Source of the DNA: Eledone cirrhosa
Taxonomy: Eukaryota
Length of the DNA: 64,000 bases
Assembly: GCA_964016885.1 (NCBI GenBank)
Contig: OZ024763.1
Coordinates: 4,216,001-4,280,000 of the forward strand
Direction of reading: 5' to 3'
Positions 14,450 through 27,505 of the stretch are shown here, piece after piece. Every line of letters starts with the position of its first letter. Positions within the stretch are counted from its first letter, which is position 1. A program made the position numbers and the translations under genes. Below the pieces are notes generated by a model that worked only from the letters and a program-made list of their open reading frames with translations, was not told where the DNA came from and ran no database searches.

Positions 14450-15205
14450 TATCTATCTGCCTGTCTATCTGTCTCCCTGCCTGTCTATCTGTCTCCCTGC
14501 CTGTCTATCTGTCTCCCTGCCTGTCTGTCTATCTCCCTGCCTGCCTGTCTATCTATCTCTCTGCCTGCCTGTCTGTCTATCTCCCTGCCTGTCTGTCTAT
14601 CTATCTGTCTGCCTGTCTGTCTATCTATCTCTCTGCCTGTCTGTCTATCTATCTGTCTGCCTGTCTGTCTATCTATCTCTCTGCCTGTCTGTCTATCTAT
14701 CTCTCTGCCTGTCTGTCTATCTGTCTCCATGCCTGTCTATCTCTCTGCCTGCCTGTCTGTCTATCTCCCTGCCTGTCTGTCTATCTATCTGTCTCCCTGC
14801 ATGTCTGTCTCTCTATCTCTCTGCCTGCCTGCCTGCCTGTCTATCTCTCTGCCTGTCTGTCTATCTGTCTCCCTCTCTGTCTATCTGTCTCCCTATCTGT
14901 CTCTGTCTATCTGTCTCCCTGCCTGTCTGTCTATCTCCCTGCCTGTCTGTCTGTCTATCTCTCTCCCTGTCTGTCTATCTCTCTCCCTGCCTGTCTGTCT
15001 ATCTCTCTCCCTGCCTGTCTGTCTATCTCTCTCCCTGCCTGTCTGTCTATCTCTCTCCCTGCCTGTCTGTCTATCTCTCTCCCTGCCTGTCTGTCTATCT
15101 CTCTCCCTGCCTGTCTGTCTATCTCTCTCCCTGCCTGTCTGTCTATCTGTCTCCCTGCCTGTCTGTCTATCTGTCTGTCTATCTCTCTCCCTGCCTGTCT
15201 GTATA
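14450..15205. repeat. (CTGT/CTAT/CCTG)n compound microsatellite
   Basis: Visible directly. Confidence 0.95.
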
Positions 15206-15207
15206 TC

Positions 15208-15495
15208 CAATTGAATGGAGAAGGCGTTTCCCCGGAGGACGGCAAGGGAGACGCGCTGGAAAAGCCACTCCAACTCGCGAGGCTCACACCTGCGGCTGGT
15301 CAGCTCAGCGCCTATGGTGGTGAGTAAGGAGGTAGCCCTGGGGCCGAGGACATCAGAAGTTTCCACTGCCAGGGGAACGACCGCAAACCTGTCGGAGAGC
15401 GACCGGTATTTGAGGAGTTTGGCCGCCTCAGCCCGACGTGCAGCAGAACCTGGGTCAGTCGCAGACTGCACCAGGTTGCGGCTGCAGAAAGTGTC
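15208..15495 (-). mobile_element. Fragment of restriction-like endonuclease C-terminus of a CRE-like non-LTR retrotransposon
   Basis: GC-rich uninterrupted frame DTFC...[13 protein letters not shown]...[13 protein letters not shown]...[18 protein letters not shown], resembling the KxxKY / PLAVET / QRxSxAxxRGNA signature of CRE-type elements. Confidence 0.75.
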
Positions 15496-16060
15496 TTTCA
15501 TTATCATATTTCTAATGAAAGACACTGTCTGTCTTTAACCCTTCCATTACCATATTTCTAATGAAAGACACTGTCTGTCTTTAACCCTTCCATTACCATA
15601 TTTCTAATGAAAAACACTGTCTGTCTTTAACCCTTCCATTACCATATTTCTAATGAAAGACATTGCTTATGATTTTCAAATAACTTTGAAAATGTTCCTT
15701 CACTTTAGTGGAACTGTCAAAGAGCATAGTGGACAGAATTGGTATGAACTGTGACTAGGACTGAGTCTGCACTCGACTGAGTCTGCACTCGACTGAGTCT
15801 GCACTCGACTGAGTCTGCACTTGACTGAGACTGCACTTGACTGAGACTGGTACTGCACTAGTCTGAGATTGATCTTAACTTCACTCCCAACTGGTTTACT
15901 GCATCTCTTCACTTAAAACATTTTCCAATAGGTATGTTGTCGAACCTTTAGCAGTGGAGACTTCTGAACTACCTCCCTAGTCATTTCTATCGGGACAGTT
16001 GACCACTCACAGGAGTGAGCCCCACAAAGTGAAATAGCTTCTTGTCAAACCTACAGTGAT

Positions 16061-16626
16061 GGAGACTTCTGGTGTTCTGGGTCCCTAAACTACCTCCTCC
16101 CTAGTCACTGCTATCAGAGCAGAGTTGACCACCACTGGAGACTTCTGGTGTCCTGGGTCCCTGAACTACCTCCCTAGTCACTGCTATCAGAGCAGAGTTG
16201 ACCACTGGAGACTTCTGGTGTTCTGGGTCCCTGAACTACCTCCCTAGTCACTGCTATCAGAGCAGAGTTGACCACTGGAGACTTCTGGTGTTCTGGGTCC
16301 CTGAACTACCTCCCTAGTCACTTCTATCAGAGCAGAGTTGACCACTGGAGACTTCTGGTGTTCTGGGTCCCTGAACTACCTCTCTAGTCACTTCTATCAG
16401 AGCAGAGTTGACCACTGGAGACTTCTGGTGTTCTGGGTCCCTGAACTACCTCCCTAGTCACTGCTATCAGAGCAGAGTTTACCACTGGAGACTTCTGGTG
16501 TTCTGGGTCCCTGAACTACCTCCCTAGTCACTTCTATCAGAGCAGAGTTTACCACTGGAGACTTCTGGTGTTCTGGGTCCCTGAACTACCTCCCTAGTCA
16601 CTGCTATCAGAGCAGAGTTTACCACT
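16061..16626. repeat. 70-bp minisatellite, about 8 copies
   Basis: accactggag recurs at 16131, 16201, 16271 and onward to 16551. Confidence 0.95.
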
Positions 16627-16869
16627 CACAGGACAGCCCCACAAAGTGAACTGGCTTCTTGTGAAACCTATAGCAATGGAGACAACTTGCCTTCACCCTC
16701 CTCCCTTCATCTACCCCTCCCCCTCCTTCCTTTCATTCATCCTCTCAACTCTACCCCTCACTCCATCACAGTTGTATCTTAACACCTACTAAACAGTCAG
16801 CCAGCATCTGTTGATCCAACATCTACTCAATTACTCATCCTTTTTTCTTATATTTTCTTTCTCTTATCT

Positions 16870-17540
16870 CTCTTTCCATCTCTCCCTTGTCTTGTCTCTC
16901 CATCTCTCCCTTGTCTTGTCTCTCCATCTCTCCCTTGTCTCTTCTCTCCATCTCTCCCTTGTCTCTTCTCTCCATCTCTCCCTTGTCTCTTCTCTCCATC
17001 TCTCCCTTGTCTCTTCTCCCCATCTCTCCCTTGTCTTGTCTCTCCATCTCTCCCTTGTCTTGTCTCTCCATCTCTCCCTTGTCTTGTCTCTCCATCTCTC
17101 CCTTGTCTTGTCTCTCCATCTCTCCCTTGTCTTGTCTCTTCATCTCTCCCTTGTCTTGTCTCTTCTCTCCATCTCTTCCCTATCTTTTTTCTCCATCTCT
17201 CCCTTGTCTCTTCTCTCCATCCCTCCCTTGTCTCTTCTCTCCATCCCTCCCTTGTCTCTTCTCTCCCTCCCTCCCTTTCCATCTCTCCCTTGTCTTGTCT
17301 CTCCATCTCTCCCTTGTCTTGTCTCTCCATCTCTCCCTTGTCTTGTCTCTTCATCTCTCCCTTGTCTTGTCTCTCCATCTCTTCCCTATCTTTTTTCTCC
17401 ATCTCTCCCTTGTCTCTTCTCTCCATCTCTCCCTTCTCTCCATCCCTCCCTTGTCTCTTCTCTCCCTCCCTCCCTTTCCATCTCTCCCTTTCCATCTCTC
17501 CCTTATCTTTCTCTCCCTTGTCTTGTCTCTCCATCTTTAC
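16870..17540. repeat. Pyrimidine-rich 24-bp minisatellite (tccatctctcccttgtcttgtctc)
   Basis: Visible directly. Confidence 0.9.
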
Positions 17541-17810
17541 TTCCTATCTTCTATTTATCGTTTTCATCTTTCCTTCCTGTTCATCTTTAATTGACACCAT
17601 TTTATAATGTACCATATATTTAGAATTGGGGTTTTGTAGGTCCAACAGCATTGTGATAGGAAGGGCATCCAGCCATAGATAGCCTGCCAAAGAGTCGGAA
17701 GGAGTCTTCAGTTGTGTCAAAGACATGACAACCTCCCTAGTAGTGGTGTTATGATAAAATGCACTATGTAGAGCACAGGAACACATGTTAAATGATTATA
17801 TATATATATA

Positions 17811-18066
17811 TAATGGAAAAATTTGAACAGGGACAAAACAGAGAGGCAGTACAACGAATGTTTATTAATTTCACGCTCTGGAGAGTGGGGTGTTGGTGGG
17901 GGACGACGTTTCGGGCATAAGCCCTTCCTCAGGTGAGAAGTGTGTGGGAACAGAGTTCAAAGGGTGTGTAGGGGAGTGGTGGAGAGACATATAGCGAAAG
18001 GAAACGGTGCGAATGAAAAAATAAAAAAATAAAGATAAAAATAAAAATAAAAAAGCATGATCAAAA
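17811..18066 (-). mobile_element. Penelope-like element LTR remnant with hammerhead-like core
   Basis: Flanked by (TA)n. The minus strand at 17902-17933 reads cCUGAGGA AGGGC UUAU GCCC GAAACGUC, followed by AAUAAA. Stem I is weak. Confidence 0.55.
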
Positions 18067-18302
18067 TATATATATATATATCATCACCATTTTACGTCCG
18101 TTCTTCCACGCTAGCATGGGTTAGACGGGTTGTCCTGTTGTGGGCAGTGTCTGGTCGGCTGACCATGCCTTGCTCATACAGGAACTGATTTGGCTTGATT
18201 TCTACAGCTGGATGCCCTTTCTAACACCAACTCCATTTACAGTGAGTGGTGGGTGCTTTTTCGTGGCGCCTACACGTCCACTTTACAGTGTGGGCTGGGT
18301 GC

Positions 18303-18337
<35 letters not shown>

Positions 18338-18339
<2 letters not shown>

Positions 18340-18505
18340 CGAGGGAAAAGTGTTAAGGAACCAGGTGGACCATAACGCACCAAAGTACTCAATACTTAGG
18401 GTAGTAGAGTGGGTAATAGGAGTAAGTAAGACCCCGACGGCTAATTCTGTGACAGAATTAGCCGTCGAAACGGCTTGAGCTCCGCCGTCGGGGTCTTACT
18501 TACTC

Positions 18506-18508
<3 letters not shown>
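18338..18508. mobile_element. (TA)n-embedded fold-back element, probably Penelope-like LTR-derived; second copy at 58077-58282 in opposite orientation
   Basis: Shares ggaaccaggtggaccataacgcaccaaagtactcaatacttagggtagtagagtggg with the reverse complement of 58205-58262. Both copies end in a long hairpin. Confidence 0.6.
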
Positions 18509-18540
<32 letters not shown>

Positions 18541-19315
18541 TATGTTCTGATGCCCATCTTTTCCCATTCAGTGGGCTTACCCACCCTGTTATCAGGCTAT
18601 TTTAGTTACTCAAATATATGGCAAAATCTTCTAATTCAATCTCTGTCTGTATGTGCATATGTATATAAAATAGTCGTTTTGGAAGCCTCAACAATGCAGA
18701 TGGGTAAATCTCCAGGTAACAAAATTAGGTGGTATTGATATGAGAGAGAAGTAGAAGGAAGCAGAGGTAGAAAGAGACGTAGAGTGTAAAAGAATGTAGG
18801 AAAGGTGTAAAAAGACAACAGGAGATGGTTACCTTGGAAGTGATTTATTGGTTCCTATATTTCGGATTTCACATCCATCAACAGGAGGGTTTTCCGAGGG
18901 GAAAGAGTTGCATCAGAGAAAGGACAACACGTGGCCTTCGTTGTTTACCATGTGCATACAGCTTGTTACCGTATGCACATGGTAAACGTACCTAACGAAC
19001 ATGCAAACACACTCATATACAAAATGTGACGTCATCGTTGTGGTGTTACAAAATGCCTGTTTATTATAGTTGAATTTAGTAGATTATTTTAGATAAAATG
19101 TTTTGTTGTTTGAATCCAAATAAAAATAAAAATTCCATGTTAATCCTGGGGTATTACCTTGTAAAATTGGATTTTATTTGGTCGAGCTGTTTGAGAATGC
19201 ATAAGGAAAAGACAGACAGAGATAAAGAATTTTATATATAGAGAAATGTAGTATATCTGTAAATAAAAAATCCAAGGAAAATAATGCTCAATCTAGTACA
19301 AGAGAGCTTGTTTAG

Positions 19316-19365
<50 letters not shown>

Positions 19366-19759
19366 GGAGGCACATGGCTTAGCGGTTAGAGCATTGGTCT
19401 TGCAATCGAAAGGTTGTGAGTTCAATTCTCAGACCGGGTGATGTGTTGTTTCCTTGAGCAAGACACTTTATTTCACATTGCTCCAGTTTACTCAGCTGTA
19501 GAAATCAAGCCAGAATCAGTTCCCGTCCCACCCTTGCAAGCAGGGAAAAGCGGATGTAAAATGAAATGATGATAATGATGATGATATATATATATATATA
19601 TATATATATAGTTGTCTTCCTCATTGATTAACAAGTGTACATTCTTGCCAGCTGGGTTCGAATTTTAATAATACAAACCTAATTGATCATTGAGTGAGTG
19701 AGGAAATGACCGAAGCTATGTCCACTCTATTAGACTTGTTTTGTCTCTTATATATCTTT

Positions 19760-19791
<32 letters not shown>

Positions 19792-20688
19792 CATATATAT
19801 ATATATACATATATATATATACTTGTCCAAGCATTTCTGACATATACTGTATCTGTTGCTGCTGCTGTTATCCAATATGGGTGTGGCTGAATGGTCACTC
19901 CTGTGATGGTTTCTTGGAATAATTTAAATTGTCCCCCCCCCCCCCCAACCCTCTCTCTCTCTCTCTCTCTCTCTATAATGTGTGGTTCAATCCAGGGTAA
20001 CCACAGCTAGTAAGGTACTCAATACATATTAGAGTATATACAATATTTAATATAGAAATGGTTTCTACAGGACTAGACCTTTTTCATTTGAAGGAAATCA
20101 TCAGGGAAGCCTATATATAAATATATATCTATATCTGTGAATCTCTTCCTCCCTGTCACATGTATGTATAAATCTTTCTATGTTTCTCTCATTCTCTCTA
20201 TATATATTCTCTCTCTCTCTCTCTCTCTTGTAATCTAAGACATGAGATGCCGTGAAATAGCAATCAATCACATTCAATCTATTAGTTGTGACATCTTGAG
20301 ATATTGAACCGTATTGGGATTGTTTGATGGCTAATATTGATTAGTTGACTTGTTTCACTCTTTTTTAATAGTGCCGGGTAAGCTTTACTTATCAACTTTA
20401 GTGGTAGTGTCAGTTTTAATATCATAACCATCATCATCAGCAGCACTAATGATGATTTTGCTAACCCTTTAGCATTTAAACCAGCCATATCCGGTCAGCT
20501 CTTTCTGTTCAAACTGGCCATAAGCGGCCACTCATATTGATGTTAAGGTATTGTTCTCAAAATAAATAATATCAAAATCTCATAGATTCAATATTATGTG
20601 ACATAATTATGTGAGGTAAAGCCTTTACTGTGAAAATACAATAGTATATATAGAGTAATGTAAATGTTATGTGAGATATATATATATA

Positions 20689-20719
<31 letters not shown>

Positions 20720-21551
20720 GTGTGTATATATATCTCTCTCTTTCTATATATATATATATATCAGGTACAAAGCTTAGCTTTGTTTATAAACAGCAGAAAA
20801 TTTGAAAAATAGCTAGTAAATAGTGCTTCTGTCGTAATTTTGACTAAGTAAATTAGTTTATTAGTTGGGGTTATAAAAAACCCTCGGAATGGAAAAAAAG
20901 GATGAGTATTGGCGTACATGGAACAAGAACCCACATCTTTGGCTATCAGGACCACTGTGCTAACATTACATCTACATGTATATATATATATATATACAGT
21001 CCACGCTGTAAATGTGGCCGTGTAGGCAACACGGTAAAAACCTCCCAGCCCCACACTGTAAATGTGGTTGGTGTTAGGAAGGGCATCCAGCTGTAGAAAA
21101 CCTGCCAGACAGTCCTATGCGAGCAAGACAACCACTCTTGCCTCAAGTGGGACTACCCCCGTCCAACCCATGCAAGCGTGGAACACGGACGCTAAACCTG
21201 ATGATGATGATGATGATATATATAGTATTAAGGATACTATTTATGGTTATGTATATACTAAAACTTTTTATAGTTATATATATTTTAAACCCTAAACAGT
21301 GAAAGACAGTAATTTATTACTACCTTATTACCAGTAAGATAAATAGCTCAATGTAATAACATCAGTTGTTCTACAGAGCAGTTATATAGAAGACTCCAAG
21401 CTTCGGTTTGGATGAAACAATTGTAAGCTAATAAATGCTTTGAACATAGCTTTGATTCCTGTAAATTCTATATATATATATATGCATATATATATATAAA
21501 GTGGTCTCAGCACTGCAAATCTCTCTCTCTCTCTATCTCTCTCTCTCTCTC

Positions 21552-21582
<31 letters not shown>

Positions 21583-21999
21583 AAACTTTCTCATTAAGCT
21601 GGTGTGTGGGACATAACTTAACAAAAGTTCTTGCATAAAACTATGATGGAAAGTTTTTCAATAGATATAAACATTTTATAATTGTTTCTACGTTAGGCAT
21701 AAGGCCAGCAATTAACCAGTGCATTACTGGTACTTTATTTTATCGACCCCGTAAGGATGAAAGGCAAAGTTAACCTTGGCGGGATTTGAACTCAGAATGG
21801 CAAGGGCCGTAACTCTATACGTCAAAGCATGGCGTCGGACCCTCTCCCAATACTGCCAATAAACATTGTATAATAAACAGCTTTATATTGCCAAATGAGA
21901 GGTGATGATTTCAGACAGTTTCGTATCAAAATGGCAAATTAAACTCATCCCTCATAGTCATGTGTAAGAACCTTTTGTTAATATGTTCCAAAAACAAAC

Positions 22000-22960
22000 G
22001 TAGGACAAAGTAGTTTCACTAAATTCTTGAAGATTTTCAAAAATAAAACACAGACACTGTGTATCTTTTTAGAAATATCGTCATGCATGCGTTTGACACC
22101 AAACTGACTGGTTCTACAATACTAGTTTGTTTTTAAAGTGGTTATATTTATCTGAAAACCTTCCATCATAATTTTATGTAAGAACCTTTGTTAAGTTGTG
22201 TTCCAAACACCAGCTTGATAATTGTTTCTACTTTTGGCACAAGGTCAGCAAATACCCAGTACATTACTGGTACTTTATTTTATCGACCCCGTAAGGATGA
22301 AAGGCAAAGTTTACCTCGACGGGATTTGATCTCAGACCATAAAGAGACATAACTACGCTAGAAAGCATGGCGTCCGACCCTCTACTGATATTGCCAATCC
22401 ACCGCTTAATAATGGAAACATTATTTTATTGAATCCTTCCAAATTTTTGAATGTTGTGCCTTTCATTAAAAATGTGAGTAATGAAAGGGTTAATGTGTTT
22501 ATATTTATCTAAAAAACTTCCATTATAATTTTATGTAAGAACCTTTGTTTCAAATACCAGTTTAATAATGATAAAGATCTATTAGTAAATTTTTCTAAGT
22601 TGTTGATTATTTTCAAAATTGTGTGAACAACATAGTATCTTTCATTAGAAATATGGTCATGAAAGGGTTAAAGTGTTTATATTTATAGAAAAACCTTCCA
22701 TCATTATTTTATGTCAGAACATTTGATACATATTCCAAATATCATATAAATAATTAATGTTTGACATATTAAATCCTTCAAAAGTTTTGAATATTTTGGA
22801 AGTTAATTAAAACACATAGGTAGTATATTTCATTAGTAAGAGTTGACTCTTTCGTTACCATATCTCTAATGAAAGACACTGCGTATGATTTTCAAATAAT
22901 TTATTAATATAACTTTCTCATTTGAAACATAACTCAACAAAGGTTCTTAAATAAACTTCT
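22000..22960. mobile_element. Cluster of degenerate TTAA-ended MITE fragments (family 2)
   Basis: Recurrent aaccttccatcataattttatgtaagaacctttg...cattagaaatatggt..tgaaagggttaa. Also at about 24600-25084, 29845-30002 and 40800-41600. Confidence 0.55.
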
Positions 22961-23346
22961 AAGTACTCAAGTTGCTGACCTCACAGATGGGCTGAGGGCC
23001 TGCATCTCGCTTATATACACTCCCACATTCTACCAAGTGCTCAGAAAGGCAGGGTCCCTGCATTTTGCTTACATACGTTCCCATACTCTACTGAAAGCAT
23101 TTTATTATGGCACCAGCATTAGGGAGTTTGTCATATCTTTGTCACAGTTGATGAGTCCTCACTACTCTGTTTGATAGATATTCTATGGGTTGATGCCCTT
23201 TCTGTCACCAACCACAGTATGTACTGTGTGCACTTGTGTAGCTTGCCAACAGTATGGAGGTTTATGTGTCATTGACAGAACTTAAGAAATGATGGGTACC
23301 TGCCCAATTTCTGTCTACCAGATTTCTCACACAAGGCATTAGTAAA

Positions 23347-24196
23347 CTAGCAGAATGGCCCGGCGTTGCTCGGGATTCTAAGCATAGATTGGCATGCTTA
23401 TCCCTCCTTTCTGAAACAGTACAGAGAAGTACAGAATACACCGACCTCGGGATGGTGTCTACAATTTGTGCTTATAAAAAAATTTTGTCGTTGATTACCA
23501 GGGGTTTAACTTAATTGGGTGCCTGAGAGTATAATGTTCAACCCCTGAAAGCCAAGACGATAGGGTTAAGTAAAAAGGCATGTATTTGTTGTGCTATGGT
23601 ACAATGAAAGCAATAGTTACAGAGCAGTAAGCATGTGGGACTGCAGTGGTGGAGAGCAGGAAGGAATTTAGTTGGATACTTTTAAGGTTACAGGTCCTAA
23701 CGCAACCAAAATGCTAAACAATGCGGTCCCCGGGCAAAAATTTGAAATCTTTTTCAGTCAAGAAAATTTGTGAAACATAAGTAATGTATATGCAAAGTTT
23801 TTTAAAAATCGGTTGGGTACTTCTCGAGTTACAGGCCCTAATGCAACCGAAATGCTTTAAAATATTGGTTTTTCGCCTAATGTGGTCCCTGGGGCCAAAA
23901 ATGAGAAAATCTTTTTTGCTCAAAACACTTTAAACGACATAAGTAATGCAAATTTTGAAGAAATCGCCTGGATTATTGTTCCGTTATGCCTCAAAAAAGC
24001 CTTTAAAGCCTAAAATATGCGGTTTTTTGCCTAATGCGGCCCCTAGAGCATTGAAAATTTGAAATATTTTTTGCTCAAAACACTCACACGACTATAAGTA
24101 TTACATGTGTAAAGTTTGAAAAAAGTCAGTCGGGTGGTTCTCGAGTTTTAGGGAGACAGACAGACAGACAGACATTCTCTGTTTTAGATATATAGA
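23347..24196 (-). mobile_element. Non-autonomous Helitron
   Basis: On the minus strand the 5' end is A|TCtatatatctaaaac followed by (ctgt)n. The 3' end has a cccgagcaacgccggg hairpin then CTAG|T. Confidence 0.8.
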
Positions 24197-25629
24197 TGAG
24201 TCTTTAGTAGGTGCCACCTTTTCAGTGTCATTGAACTTGAAACCACGCAGTTGTAAAGCAAACTCCTTCATCACACAGCCATGTCTAAAGTCTAGTCTGT
24301 CTCTAGCCTGGAGGCTCATCAGGCTGGTTCTTATTCCAGTTTCCATGGCGTTAAGCGACTGAGAGTACAATACCCCCCCGGACAGAACACCAGTTCATTG
24401 CAGGGTTAAACTCCCAGCTATTGCTGCTGGTACTCTTTTTCAGTTGAGTATACTGGAGCAGCATGGAATGAAGGGTTTTGCTCAAGAACACAACACACAA
24501 CCCAGTCCAGGAATTGAACCCCAAACATTATGGTCATAAGTCCAACACCCTTACCACTAGGCCACATGCTTCCATCACACAGCCATGTCTACTCCTAATT
24601 AATCCTTTTTATACCAACCCACATGAAACTGCTCCTGGTTTTATAATACAGTACCATTTGTTTCAAAGTGTTTATATTTATCTAAAACCTTTCCATCATA
24701 ATCTTTTGTAAAACCCTTTATGTTCCAAACACCAGCTTGTACTACTAAAACTCTCAAAATTCTTGATTATTTTCAGAATTGCTTGAAGACAACAGGCAGT
24801 GTCTTTCATTAGAAATATGGTTATAAAAAAGTTGGTGTTTATATTTATCGCAAAACCTTCCATCATAATTTTATGTAAGAACCTTTCTTAAGCTATGTTC
24901 CAAACATCAGCTTTATAACGAGAAAGTTAGTTATATTACAAAATCCCTCCAAATTCTTGATTTTTATTTTATTTTTTTATTTTTTTATTTTTTTATTTTT
25001 TTTCAAAATTATTTAGAAATCTAGTCAGGAAATCTAGTAAGGAAAGAGTTATTTTCATTCGAAATGAGGTCTTGAAAGGGTTAACACCATTCACTTATGC
25101 TTTGTAAGTTGTCATTAAACTCCCCAAAGATTTCCTGCTATGTATATTCTAGTAATTACTGGTTCCAATGGGAGAACACACAGACAATATCACAGTGTCA
25201 TGACTATCTCTATCACACCATATCAACAACTTTTATACGCAGTTTTACATATAGTATCTGACATGTAAAGATTTTATTATCACTATCTCCTTTCCTCTCT
25301 CTCCCCTCCTCTCTATCTCCCATTCTCTCTCTTTCTCTCTCTCCCCCCATCTCTCTCTCACACCAGCCAACCAGCCCTCCTCCCCCTATTTCTCTCACCA
25401 GCCAACCCACCGCAATTATGTTTAATGTATTTCACCTCCTTTGGAAGATAATGCTCCATACTATATGTGATCGCCTGCGTGTACATGCATCCATACACAC
25501 AGAAGATACTGTAAGACTCCCAGGGGTAGGTTGTTGTGTTGTTGTGGAGATCGTAAGTAGTAGGGAGGGGGTTGGTTTTTATTTATATATTTAATCTGAC
25601 TTAAATCTTCCTTGCTCTATTTCTTATAA

Positions 25630-25722
<93 letters not shown>

Positions 25723-26399
25723 GTATCAGTAGTCTCTCTCTCTATGCAAACACACACACATTAGTGTACCAGTATGATAAATGTGATGAGTTTTGTTTTT
25801 ATTACTTAGAGAAACATTAATATAGGGTTGGTACCACAGGAAAATGCATCCAGTCCACTCTGTAAAGTGGTAGTGGTGGTGCCTCAATAAAACACACCCA
25901 GTAACCTCAAAGTAGTAGTGCTGGTGCCACAATAAAATGCACCCAGTAAACTCAAAGTAGTAGTGCTGGTGTCACAATAAAACACACCCAGTAACCTCAA
26001 AGTGGTAGTGCTGGGGCCACAATAAAACACACTCTGTACACTCTGTAAAGAGATACTACTAGTGCCACAAAAAATGTGCATCCTGTACACCCTGTAAGGT
26101 TGTTGGTGTTAGGAAGGGCATCCAGCCATGGAAATCATGTCAAATATGGAACATATAAGCATGAGGTGATTACATCACTGGTCTAGCCCCAGACCATGAC
26201 AATTCGTCCAGTCCATGCTACCATGGTAAGTGGAAGTAAATAAAATGAAAATATTATCTTCATTGATGTGTAATATACTGAGTACCCGCAACTTGACTAG
26301 TCTCAAACTTTGACAACCCATCCAACCCACACCTGCATGAAAAAACAGACATGAATTGATGATGATAATATAAATATATATTTTTATTCCTTAGTTCCT

Positions 26400-26908
26400 T
26401 TTGCTCTCTATTGATCATTGGGTAACAAGAGATCTCCATTCCTCATGGTTGTAAGACTTGTCAAGGGCCTGCTCTCAAGCCAGGTGTCTGTCATTTCCAT
26501 AACAATCTATAATATAAAAAAGGGAGGAGTGCGGGACAGCGTGTTTTACATTTTTTTTATCCAGTTAGTAAAATAAGTTGGATTAGAGATATGGTAACCA
26601 AGCTCATGTATGTTATCCAACCATCATGCTCTGGGTCTACCCCTGGGGCTCCTACCTTGGTTTTGTCCGTAAAATCTGTCAGTCATTCTTTCCTGAGACA
26701 TTCTAACCACATGCCCAGAGTATCGGAGCTGTGATCTTTCAATTCAGAGAAGTAGCAGCTCTACCTGGAGTGACTCTCTGATCTCCCAATTATGCACTTT
26801 ATCGAGTAATGTTACTCCAAGGACCCTTCAGAGGATCCAATTTCAGCCGCTTGTATTTGCGATCGTATTCTTTTGGTCATTACCCAAGATTCATGACCAT
26901 AGGTAAGC
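26400..26908 (-). pseudogene. 3' remnant of the same RTE-clade LINE
   Basis: Minus strand LTYGHESWVMTKRIRSQIQAAE...IERSQLRYSGHVVRM...SPRGRPR. Confidence 0.85.
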
Positions 26909-27085
26909 TATGTTCCTTCATATATACAAATATGTGAAAGGAGCTCCCAGTGTAGGATGTTTGAAATGGTTGGCATAAGAAAAGGCACCCAGCCATTGAA
27001 AACTGAAACTTATGAACAAGCTGTCACCTCCCCTGTGATACCGCATAACATGACAGCCGATCTAACACAAACACAAACACAAACA

Positions 27086-27171
<86 letters not shown>

Positions 27172-27172
<1 letters not shown>

Positions 27173-27505
27173 GGAGGCACATGGCTCAGTGGTTAGAGCA
27201 TTGGCCTTGCAATCGAAAGGTTGTGAGTTCAATTCTCAGACCGGATGATGTGTTGTTTCCTTGAGCAAGATACTTTATTTTACATTGCTCCAGTTTACTC
27301 AGCTGGAGAAATGAGATGATAGGACTGGGGACCATATCATTCCACTACAAAGTGGTCGTGGAGGTGCCACAGCAAAAAAGCACCCAGCACTCACTGTAAA
27401 TGAGGTTGGTGTTAGGAAGGGCATCCAGCTGTAGAAATCAAGCCAGAATCAGTTCCCGTCCCACCCTTGCAAGCAGGGAAAAGCGGACGTAAAATGATGA
27501 TGATG
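27172..27505 (+). mobile_element. tRNA-derived CORE-type SINE family B with (GAT)n tail
   Basis: tggctcagtggttagagc A-box, gagttcaattc B-box, tccttgagcaagatacttt CORE-like domain. Related copies at 19364-19585, 24270-24570(-), 28120-28960, 49400-49715 and 60790-60920(-). Confidence 0.8.

Noticed and set aside
19364-19435. tRNA-like sequence (also 27172-27243)
   Set aside because: It runs directly into a CORE-like SINE body and lacks a proper acceptor stem, so it is a SINE head, not a tRNA gene.
19690-19730. gagtg...ccgaagctatgtccactc hammerhead-like remnant
   Set aside because: The CUGANGA and GAAA boxes are both broken, so it cannot be supported as a ribozyme.
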